Counted from the first letter of the stretch, positions 8,599 to 16,624 are shown. The stretch is DNA of 32,000 nucleotides from a bacterium (GCA_963597355.1 CAVBPR010000002.1:216728-248727); one strand, 5' to 3'. Program-made: numbers and translations. Notes: generated by a model not told the origin, from the letters alone.

Positions 8599-9585
8599 TT
8601 AAATAGACATCATACGGCACTTCTGAAGCAGAGCCATGTCCAGATCCTTCTTCGCATTCAGACCCTCTTCAATATCAATGTCAATTACCTTGTTGTCCCG
8701 TTCCACGATAATGCGCTGAGTCTTTCCAGCCATAAGCGCCTCTACTGCGGCACAACCCATCTTAGTAGCCATCAGGCGATCCTGAGAGGAGGGAGCACCT
8801 CCGCGCTGAACGTGACCAAGAATTGTGATACGCGTATCAACACCGGTCTCTTCGATGATCTTGGCAGCGACTTCCTGACAGGTCATGGTGTAACCTTCAG
8901 CAACAATAATGATATGGTGGTTTCGACCGTTGATACGACCCATGCGAACCTTTTCAATTACATTTTTTTCGAAATCACCGGGTTCTTCCGGGACTAAAAT
9001 TGCGGCAGCGCCTACGCTTGCGCCAACGGCCAATGCCAGGTGACCGGCATGGCGTCCCATAACCTCGACGACAGAGCAACGGGCGTGGGACTGCATGGTA
9101 TCACGAAGCTTGTCAATGGCTTCAATGGCGGTGTTGCAGGCGGTATCAAAGCCAATGGTGTAATCCGTGCAGGCGATATCGTTGTCAATGGTACCGGTAA
9201 CACAGACGCAGGGAACACCAAGCCGTGACAGCTCCTGTGCACCGCGGAAGGTGCCATCGCCGCCACAGCAGACTAAACCATCGATGCCGAGAAAACGGCA
9301 GTTATCGGCGGCACGCTGGCGATATTCCGGCTGAAACATTTCCTCGCAACGAGCGGTGTAGAGCATTGTGCCGCCCTTGCTGAGCAGACCGTCAACATCA
9401 CGAGCGGTAAGGGCTTTGAAATCGTTGCTGATTAAACCGGCGTAACCATGAAGAATACCTAACACCTCAATGCCATTTGCAATGCTCATTCGCGTAACAG
9501 CGCGAATCACTGCATTCATTCCTGGTGCGTCACCGCCGCTGGTCAGAATGCCAATGCGACGAATCTTTTTCTTTTCATCGGACAT
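8599..9585 (-). CDS. pfkA: ATP-dependent 6-phosphofructokinase
   Basis: 328 aa. IGILTSGGDAPGMNA, GGDGT and TIDNDI motifs. AGGAGG RBS. Confidence 0.93.
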   Translation of the reverse strand: MSDEKKKIRRIGILTSGGDAPGMNAVIRAVTRMSIANGIEVLGILHGYAGLISNDFKALTARDVDGLLSKGGTMLYTARCEEMFQPEYRQRAADNCRFLGIDGLVCCGGDGTFRGAQELSRLGVPCVCVTGTIDNDIACTDYTIGFDTACNTAIEAIDKLRDTMQSHARCSVVEVMGRHAGHLALAVGASVGAAAILVPEEPGDFEKNVIEKVRMGRINGRNHHIIIVAEGYTMTCQEVAAKIIEETGVDTRITILGHVQRGGAPSSQDRLMATKMGCAAVEALMAGKTQRIIVERDNKVIDIDIEEGLNAKKDLDMALLQKCRMMSI

Positions 9586-9641
9586 GGTTGTTTACCTCCT
9601 GTCAAACTGGGTGGATACGAACTCAAACTCATACGCCTATC

Positions 9642-9670
9642 ATTTTATACCAGTTAAAGAAATTTTTCAA
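9642..9670 (-). promoter_or_regulatory. Sigma-A type promoter for pfkA (TTGAAA-17-TAAAAT)
   Basis: Hexamers read on the minus strand, -35 at 9665-9670 and -10 at 9642-9647. It lies about 55 nt upstream of the pfkA ATG. Confidence 0.5.
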
Positions 9671-9900
9671 CGCTTAACAATAAAGTGTTGTGATATATTG
9701 TGTGTTGCACTACGACACTACAGTGATATGTGTATGACAAATCCGTATATCCATGGATGCAGCGACCTGTACGGCGAATGATGTTGTACCAGGAATAAAC
9801 ACCAGAATGCGTGATGTTCGGTAATTGCGTTGATTGTTTCGGTAAGGACAATTTGCAAAATTGCGATCTTGGTGCACTTTCTAAAAAGAGAATGGGGTGT

Positions 9901-10359
9901 TTATCTTCTATGCGTCGTTCCCTGTCGCTCGGTATCAGGCCAGAAGTCATTTGCTTCCATGACGTCTTTCAGTGCATCAACGTATTTTTCAGATTTATGA
10001 ACGGCAAAGGCATCTGCATCGATTGGTATTTGCTTGGAATCCATTTGACGAATGCTCCAAATGTAGAGAATGTCCAGAGCGGGAATAATTCTGGCTCCAT
10101 CAACGGTAAGAACATAATCGATGGTAGGAGGGAAGGTATCACCGTTGACAACTCGCTGCACTAATCCGTCTTCGATAAGCTCCTTGAGTTGCTGGCTCAA
10201 CATTTTTTCGGAAATGGGAAGTACTTTTAATGTTTGATTAAAGCGAATTTTTCCGTAGGTGTAAATTTCATGGAGAAGCGTCATTTTCCATTTACCACCG
10301 ATGCAGTGTAGCACATAGTGGTATGGATTGGTTGGCTCTTCAAATTTTGCCTTTGCCAT
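9901..10359 (-). CDS. HxlR-family (winged-helix) transcriptional regulator
   Basis: HCIGGKWKMTLLHEIYTYGKIRFNQTLKVLPISEKMLSQQLKELIEDGLVQR. Start moved to MAKAKFEE (ATG 10357-10359). The upstream 46 codons of the track ORF are AT-rich and look non-coding. Confidence 0.75.
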   Translation of the reverse strand: MAKAKFEEPTNPYHYVLHCIGGKWKMTLLHEIYTYGKIRFNQTLKVLPISEKMLSQQLKELIEDGLVQRVVNGDTFPPTIDYVLTVDGARIIPALDILYIWSIRQMDSKQIPIDADAFAVHKSEKYVDALKDVMEANDFWPDTERQGTTHRR

Positions 10360-10531
10360 GCTGATCGCCGCCTTTTTTTGTTCATTTTTACCGAATATTT
10401 TATCATATATGCAAAAAAAAACAAGTATCACACAGATAAAGAATAAATAAAAAAGAGAGATAATTTCAATAAAATTAAAATTGCACGAAATCAACACATG
10501 TTTGGAGCTTTGGAACTATAGTGAACGCAGT

Positions 10532-11884
10532 TTAATCAAAGCAATTATTTCCAGTGTAGCCTTTAGCTAAGGCTTTGGTGTCCTTATAAACTGTGACAGC
10601 AGCATAGATCATAACGAGAAACTCAGTGATGGGCATAGCAAGCCACAACGAACTTGCGGACAATAGAATTGGAAGAACAAGAATTAAAATACCACTGATC
10701 ACAAGACCACGGGAAACGGAAACGACAAAAGCGGCTTTTGGCCTCATGATGGCCTGTAAATAGTAGGTTGAAAAGACATTGAATGGCAATAACAGAAATG
10801 ATAGCGCATAGGTTCGTATGATTGTCGGCGCCATTTTCAGTATTTCTGGTGTAGGATTCATAAAAATCCGGATATAAAGGTTTGGACAAACCATGCTCAA
10901 TAACGTCCAGAAGATCCCAAAGAATGCCGTTGTCCAGAGTGCTAAATGCAGTGTTTCGCGAATTCGTCTGCCGTTGCCGGCTCCGAAGTTGACGGAAACT
11001 ATGGGCTGAGTTGCCTGACCGACACTGTAAGCGCAACATTGAACAAATGTGCTGATCTGGATGATCGGGCCATAGATTGCAAGTGCATTCGAGCCAAGAT
11101 ATTTCATGATCTGCCGATTGAACAACACAGTTAAAATGCCCATTGCAATGTCAATAAAGAAAGTAGAAAATCCAGTTACAGAGATTTCGTAAATTATATG
11201 GAGCAGATTTTTCGGTTTTACCAATCGCAACGAATTCTTTTTTGTAGCAAAATGCATTAGCATAACAAAGAATGAAATGGCTGAACCGATGGCAGTGGCA
11301 AGACCGGCACCATAAATACCCATATTGCAGGGGAACACAAAGATATAATCACCGAGCACGTTGAACAGTCCACCGGATAAAACGCCCACTGTGGCAAGCC
11401 CTGGGTTTCCATCGTTACGCAGAAATGCGGCCAGCATTTGATTGAACAAAAACAGAGGCAATACAAATCGTATTGGACGCATGTATTGTTGTGCCAAAGT
11501 AAGGAGTGTCTCGTTTGCGCCGAAAAAAGTCAGAATAGGTTGCTCAAAAATCAGCAATCCAATCCATGCCAGAATAGACAGAACTACAGATCCAATAAAA
11601 GCTGCCGTAAAATATTGGTTTTCATTGCTTCCGCTGCCGTTTTTACTGCCTCGTTTAGTACTGAAAATAATGCTGCCGCCAATGCCCATGAGCAGACCAA
11701 GGCTGTAAACAATGTTCCATACAGGGGCTACTACAGCCAGTGCGGCAGTGCCTTCTGGACCATGATATTGTCCGACCATTGCTGTATCGACAATGGAATA
11801 GATGGAAGTGATCATGGCGCTGCCAAATGCAGCAGACAAATACTTGAAATAAATTGGCTTGATTTTTCCGTTCAGAAAATCCAT
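10532..11884 (-). CDS. MATE-family multidrug/sodium efflux transporter
   Basis: 450 aa and about 12 TM segments, with a duplicated 6-TM pattern typical of MATE/NorM. AGGAGG RBS. Confidence 0.85.
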   Translation of the reverse strand: MDFLNGKIKPIYFKYLSAAFGSAMITSIYSIVDTAMVGQYHGPEGTAALAVVAPVWNIVYSLGLLMGIGGSIIFSTKRGSKNGSGSNENQYFTAAFIGSVVLSILAWIGLLIFEQPILTFFGANETLLTLAQQYMRPIRFVLPLFLFNQMLAAFLRNDGNPGLATVGVLSGGLFNVLGDYIFVFPCNMGIYGAGLATAIGSAISFFVMLMHFATKKNSLRLVKPKNLLHIIYEISVTGFSTFFIDIAMGILTVLFNRQIMKYLGSNALAIYGPIIQISTFVQCCAYSVGQATQPIVSVNFGAGNGRRIRETLHLALWTTAFFGIFWTLLSMVCPNLYIRIFMNPTPEILKMAPTIIRTYALSFLLLPFNVFSTYYLQAIMRPKAAFVVSVSRGLVISGILILVLPILLSASSLWLAMPITEFLVMIYAAVTVYKDTKALAKGYTGNNCFD

Positions 11885-11898
11885 TTTGCTTTCCTCCT

Positions 11899-11953
11899 AA
11901 AAAATAAAAAGCCGGACAAGAAACAGGCATCTCAGTCTGTCTCTTGTCCGGCT
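11899..11953 (-). terminator. Intrinsic terminator inside the 5' leader of the MATE gene (attenuator)
   Basis: On the minus strand: AGCCGGACAAGAGACAG-loop-CTGTTTCTTGTCCGGCT followed by TTTTTATTTTTT. The AGGAGG RBS and ATG follow immediately. Confidence 0.7.
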
Positions 11954-11995
11954 GTCATTTCTATGAACAACTCGCCCTCCGAGCTAACGAGACGA

Positions 11996-12024
11996 ATTGT
12001 AGCATAATGGATTCAAGAGGTCAA
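11996..12024 (-). promoter_or_regulatory. Sigma-A promoter for the MATE leader (TTGACC-17-TACAAT)
   Basis: Read on the minus strand, -35 at 12019-12024 and -10 at 11996-12001. Confidence 0.6.
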
Positions 12025-12122
12025 GTTTTACTTTGAAGTTTTCTTGAGACATGTATAGGATTACAATACATAGCTTTGTAAAATATCAGACATCGAATGG
12101 GTAGATGCCTATGAAGAAATAA

Positions 12123-12740
<618 letters not shown>

Positions 12741-12791
12741 ACAAATCATGCCATAAATTATTTGTAAAGGTGTACTTTTACGAATTCCACC

Positions 12792-12820
12792 TTACAAATC
12801 GCACAAGTAAATTATATATC
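12792..12820 (+). promoter_or_regulatory. Candidate promoter TTACAA-17-TATATC facing the mini-ORF and ABC operon
   Basis: Hexamers read directly, -35 at 12792-12797 and -10 at 12815-12820. It lies between the arms of the 10-bp inverted repeat. Confidence 0.35.
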
Positions 12821-12956
12821 AGTTTTTGACAAAAATCAAGGATAATAGTTGCTTAAAAGCCGGTTGTTTTTAGTTTCGTCCGTAACTTTCAAAAAGTACA
12901 CATTGAAAAATCGGATGACTTGAGCTGCACAATAATTGACGAAGGAGGAATATGAG

Positions 12957-13019
12957 GTGAGTTTTTGGGGCGTTGTAGGTGCCATCATCGTAGCTGTCCT
13001 TATTCTGAGCCTCGGATGA
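12957..13019 (+). CDS. 20-aa hydrophobic micro-peptide (MSFWGVVGAIIVAVLILSLG), a leader peptide or small membrane toxin candidate
   Basis: GTG start 8 nt after a strong AAGGAGG RBS (12942-12948). The peptide is a single TM-like segment. Its stop lies 9-10 nt upstream of a terminator hairpin. It is too short for the ORF track. Confidence 0.4.
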   Translation: MSFWGVVGAIIVAVLILSLG

Positions 13020-13027
13020 TGTGTGAT

Positions 13028-13066
13028 AGGCACTGCTGTACTGCGAAGTCGGCAGTGCCTTTTGCT
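13028..13066 (+). terminator. Intrinsic terminator / attenuator between the mini-ORF and the ABC operon
   Basis: AGGCACTGC(TG)-loop-(C)GGCAGTGCCT followed by TTTTGCTC. Confidence 0.65.
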
Positions 13067-13130
13067 CAGGTCTCACCGTATGACTGTGATGCACAAAATA
13101 GTTAAAAGTATCAAGCGGAGACCATTAAAC

Positions 13131-13478
13131 ATGGCACTGATTTTTACTGTTTTGGTGCTATATCTGCTGAATAACAACTATTTCAAATCGCATACAACCG
13201 GAATAATTAGATATTTCCTGGTGTGTTACTTCAATGATTTGATTTGCCCATTATTATTTTTTCCCTATGCAAATCTTTTGCTGTTGACAGTAGATAAGGA
13301 AATAACCCAACTTTGGCTGACGTGCTTAGTTGGACTTTGCGCGAGCTGCTTTTGGGAATTTGGCGCACCATATATAAAGTCAACCGCAATTACCGATCCA
13401 ATAGATATTGCTTTCTATCTTGCAGGCAGCATTATCTATTGGGGGATACTGCGATGTGTAAGGAAAACACACAGATAG
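13131..13478 (+). CDS. Small integral membrane protein (3-4 TM; possibly VanZ-like, uncertain)
   Basis: MALIFTVLVLYLL...CFWEFGAPYIKSTAITDPIDIAFYLAGSIIYWGI. Start chosen at the ATG with a GGAGA RBS. The track start at 13023 lies inside the terminator hairpin. An alternative start is ATG 13080. Confidence 0.6.
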   Translation: MALIFTVLVLYLLNNNYFKSHTTGIIRYFLVCYFNDLICPLLFFPYANLLLLTVDKEITQLWLTCLVGLCASCFWEFGAPYIKSTAITDPIDIAFYLAGSIIYWGILRCVRKTHR

Positions 13479-13495
13479 ATCAGGAGAAATGACAG

Positions 13496-14344
13496 ATGCT
13501 TTGTATCAATGGAATTGCAAAATCATTTGGGGATCATTGTGTCCTAAAAGATGTCTCTTTCTCTGTTGACAAAGGAGAGATATATGGTTTGATAGGTAAA
13601 AATGGCGCTGGAAAAACAACTCTTATGAATATTATTTCTGGTCTTTCCGCGGCAGACGCTGGCTCATTTTTTATTGGGGAAGAAGATCATCCATTAAAGC
13701 AAGTTGGATATTTACCAGATATACCATCATTTTTTGATTATCTCTCCACAAAAGAGTACATTGATTTTTTGCTCATGAACATGAGAAAGACAAACACAAA
13801 AAGAGATCAATTGCTAACACTCGTTGGGTTGAAGGGCAACGAGCGAATTCGGATAATGTCACGAGGAATGAAGCAACGCTTGGGAATAGCGGCAGCATTG
13901 GTAACAAATCCGGATGTACTACTTCTGGATGAACCAACTTCTGCACTTGACCCGATGGGACGCCATGAACTGATGGAGATAATGAAGCAACTAAGAGAAG
14001 ACGGAAAAACCATTATTCTTTCAACACACATTTTAGCAGATATGGAGAGAGTTTGTGACAAGGTCGGTTTCTTACACAATGGTTCAATCCAAAGGGAGGT
14101 TCGCATCAATGACATCCTGTCAGGCAGGGATGATACTTGGGAAATAACTTTTGATTGTAAGTTATCGGACGTACCTCAAGATTTAGCGATTGTTATTTCC
14201 GAAGTTGGTCAAGCAACGTACACATTTCAGTCGAATGACCAGAAAAGGCTGCTGTATTATTTATCTCAACTTCCTGAGGCGATTGTATCTATCAAGAATA
14301 AGGCAACTACTTTGGATGACTTGTTCGAGGAGGTCTGTCAATGA
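13496..14344 (+). CDS. ABC transporter ATP-binding protein (ABC-2 / antimicrobial-peptide-immunity type)
   Basis: Walker A GKNGAGKTT, signature SRGMKQRLGIA, Walker B LLLDEPTSALD and H-loop STHIL. AGGAGA RBS. Confidence 0.9.
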   Translation: MLCINGIAKSFGDHCVLKDVSFSVDKGEIYGLIGKNGAGKTTLMNIISGLSAADAGSFFIGEEDHPLKQVGYLPDIPSFFDYLSTKEYIDFLLMNMRKTNTKRDQLLTLVGLKGNERIRIMSRGMKQRLGIAAALVTNPDVLLLDEPTSALDPMGRHELMEIMKQLREDGKTIILSTHILADMERVCDKVGFLHNGSIQREVRINDILSGRDDTWEITFDCKLSDVPQDLAIVISEVGQATYTFQSNDQKRLLYYLSQLPEAIVSIKNKATTLDDLFEEVCQ

Positions 14345-15141
14345 GTAAAACTGTTTTGTGTGCGAAGAAAGACCTCCGTGAAATAACTCGCAAAAACCGA
14401 ACGGTGATTTTTAATGTTCTGATTCTTATCGTGTCAGTCATGGTATTAGGGACCACACTCGCCTACCCGTCGTTGATTGAGGCATTGGCAAAAAAAGCTC
14501 CGAATGTTATTGAGGATGGTTCTCAAATATTGCAAGTTATGCAAAAACTGTTCCCGCAAACCACAAGAGAAAACATGGGGATTTGGTCATCGGATACAGT
14601 GATCTTTTCAACTATCGTGATTTCTCTGACTTGCTGCAACCTGATACCAGAGGAAATTAAAGCTGGAAAATGGATTCTACCAATAGAGGCAGGTTATTCA
14701 AAAGAGGACCTGCTATTTTCAAAGATGCTCATCTATGGTATCTGCACAGCATTGCCAACATTTATTGGCTATAACCTCTACTACACACTCAGTTCATTAT
14801 TGATTACAGACAATTATGCTTCTTTAATTGCGTTGGGAAATTCTATCGTGTTGGCTGTCTCAGTATTCTTTGTCACGACCATATCTATATCGCTGTCGGT
14901 CATCTGTAAAAACCAAATTTCAGCAGTTATAACAGTCATCATGTTTGTGCTTGCCGCACCAGACATTTTATCGCTTTTCTCATTCGGCAGATTCTTTCCA
15001 ACATATTTTTTGACTTTTTTATATAATTCAGCATCAAATTTCCAAGAGTTAATCATCCCCTGCGTCGTACTGCTTGCTGTCCAGATGGCGTTGTGGCGCA
15101 TATCTTTGAAAAAACTTAAGCAAATTGAAATTGCTCGATAG
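14341..15141 (+). CDS. ABC-2 family transporter permease
   Basis: 266 aa and about 6 TM segments. ATGA start/stop overlap with the ATPase gene, indicating translational coupling. Confidence 0.8.
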   Translation: MSKTVLCAKKDLREITRKNRTVIFNVLILIVSVMVLGTTLAYPSLIEALAKKAPNVIEDGSQILQVMQKLFPQTTRENMGIWSSDTVIFSTIVISLTCCNLIPEEIKAGKWILPIEAGYSKEDLLFSKMLIYGICTALPTFIGYNLYYTLSSLLITDNYASLIALGNSIVLAVSVFFVTTISISLSVICKNQISAVITVIMFVLAAPDILSLFSFGRFFPTYFLTFLYNSASNFQELIIPCVVLLAVQMALWRISLKKLKQIEIAR

Positions 15142-15152
15142 GGTGAAATATA

Positions 15153-15461
15153 ATGAAATTATTTAAGGGACTGAACGGGACACTTGTTCTCCGCCCAACC
15201 GGAGTCGCAATTATACGAGAAAATATGCTTGCAACAACCTTTCACAACGCAGGAGAAATTGAAATTCCATACGGCAATATTAGTGATGTGGAGGTTGTCC
15301 CAGGTTCAGTATTGAACGGCTACATTTGCATTGTCGAAAACGGTTACGGGTGTCCATCAAATGTGTTTTCTGCAATGAAAGATGAGAATACAGTAATTTT
15401 TCGATTCACAAAAAATCTGCAAGCTGCCAAGATGAAACAGCGAATCGAAGACAGAATTTGA
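15153..15461 (+). CDS. Small soluble protein, bacterial PH-like (YokE/DUF4429-like) fold suspected
   Basis: 102 aa. GTLVLRPTGVAIIRE...IPYGNISDVEV...GYICIVENG...ENTVIFRF pattern. It lies 12 nt after the permease stop. Confidence 0.55.
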   Translation: MKLFKGLNGTLVLRPTGVAIIRENMLATTFHNAGEIEIPYGNISDVEVVPGSVLNGYICIVENGYGCPSNVFSAMKDENTVIFRFTKNLQAAKMKQRIEDRI

Positions 15462-15473
15462 TGGGAGCAATAT

Positions 15474-15563
15474 ATGAGTCTTAAAGATCCCAAAACTTTG
15501 GGCGATTTTCTATGGATTGTATTTCTAATAATTATCGCAGGAGTTTTTATAAGTTTTTTATGA
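15474..15563 (+). CDS. 29-aa single-TM micro-protein (MSLKDPKTLGDFLWIVFLIIIAGVFISFL)
   Basis: ATG 6 nt after GGGAG, 13 nt after the preceding stop. The C-terminal segment is hydrophobic. It is below the ORF-track length cut-off. Confidence 0.35.
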   Translation: MSLKDPKTLGDFLWIVFLIIIAGVFISFL

Positions 15564-15582
15564 TGCAAGATTATGAAGGTCA

Positions 15583-15591
15583 TGCTATAAT
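15583..15591 (+). promoter_or_regulatory. Extended -10 promoter element TGcTATAAT
   Basis: Perfect TATAAT at 15586-15591 with TG at 15583-15584. The -35 region is weak (ATGCAA). Confidence 0.45.
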
Positions 15592-15597
15592 GAGGTT

Positions 15598-16298
15598 GCA
15601 GAAAACGCCGAGCCAAGCCCTATATGGGAAGGTGTAACGACTGGACACGGAGCATCCCAAGCGGATGAAGGCACAGTCTGAACTTATGGGCGACCATAAG
15701 AGCTACACAGAAATGATGTAGCCTCCGCTCCGCAATAGCGGTGTAACAAACTGAACGAGTAGTATGAATAATGCAAAAGGAATCGCCTCGATGCTATGCA
15801 TCTGGGGCAAGTAGTGTTTCGATTCCCTACTAAAAGCGATAATCGATGAATTGTTTGTTTTCTTGGTCAAGCAGTTTCAGAAAAGGAAAACCGAGTTGCG
15901 CCACCAGAAAGCAGCCAAGAGGCGTGTCAAGAAAATCTTGGCTCTAATTCTATGCATCGGCGTTATGTGCCTGTGCATGGTTGCCGATTAGAAAATTACA
16001 GGCTTAAATAGTGATTTGGCTGCATTGGTCACTACGGATACAACAAATTGTGGTGCCGACAATGAGAAGGTAAATTGTTGCCTCCCCGTGCAGTAATGCA
16101 TGGAAAACAACTCCGTAAATTCGGCGAAAGTCTGCATTATAAAAGGCTGCCATCCGTGAGGGAGGTAGCCTTTTGTACTGAAAAGCACAATCAAAACAAT
16201 CCCTTTGGAACAAAGGGCGCACTTCTATACTCTCCTAACGGGAGTATGTGCGTCCTGCGGAGCTTACAGCCCGGACAGTTGAATGTCCGGGCTGTTTT
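15598..16298 (+). ncRNA. Candidate large structured non-coding RNA (class unknown), or alternatively a decayed mobile-element remnant
   Basis: No credible ORF. Back-to-back perfect hairpins: 15683-15700 (CTTATGG-GCGA-CCATAAG, GNRA loop), 15702-15722, 15725-15741, 15639-15678, 15914-15942, 16141-16174 (GTGA loop), 16201-16217 and 16218-16252. It ends with terminator 16268-16298. Confidence 0.3.
16268..16298 (+). terminator. Intrinsic terminator-like hairpin
   Basis: AGCCCGGACA-GTTGAA-TGTCCGGGCT followed by GTTTTG. Confidence 0.55.
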
Positions 16299-16624
16299 GC
16301 GTCACTTTTGTTCCGTACAAGGGAGTGCCTCCCATGCGCTGCCACAGCAGCTATCCCAGCGCACTTTGCGATTGATGCAATTTGCTAACGCAAACACCAC
16401 CAATCACAAAGTCCTGAATATCGTACATAAACCGGCTACTGAAAATGTAGGCGGTCTTTTTTATATCACTACTAATTGTTGGAATATCCTTTTGGTCAGC
16501 TTGTCAAACATAATGATGAATAATGTTAGGATCTGACCGCTTTCAGTTGAAAAAGACCCTTCATTCATGATATACTCTCCTCATCCAGCACAAATTTAGC
16601 TTTAGAATAGAATGGGGTGAATTC

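Noticed and set aside
9655-9685. Possible CcpA cre box (TTGTTAAGCGTTGAAA on the minus strand) at the pfkA promoter
   Set aside because: Aligned on the central CG, it mismatches the cre consensus TGWAANCGNTNWCA at several invariant positions.
12836-13094. Two overlapping minus-strand ORFs (65 and 74 aa) opposite the mini-ORF, considered as real genes or a type I antitoxin locus
   Set aside because: They have no RBS or promoter that I could find, they overlap each other in different frames, and their translations are featureless. An antisense RNA cannot be excluded, but nothing in the sequence supports one.
15811-15830. tRNA-like T-arm (TGTTTCGATTCCC), suggesting a tRNA fragment or an att site
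   Set aside because: The flanking sequence cannot form a proper 5-bp T stem, acceptor stem or anticodon arm. It is an isolated resemblance only.
16268-16298. Hairpin starting with AGC as a possible group II intron domain V
   Set aside because: It is a perfect 10-bp stem with a 6-nt loop. It lacks the 2-nt bulge and GNRA tetraloop of domain V, and no domain VI or 3' splice-site context follows. It fits an intrinsic terminator better.
16075-16536. 153-aa plus-strand ORF in the ORF-poor tail of the island
   Set aside because: It has no RBS and spans several strong hairpins and two terminator-like structures. Its translation has no recognisable motifs and is rich in R/L/S/N, like random sequence.
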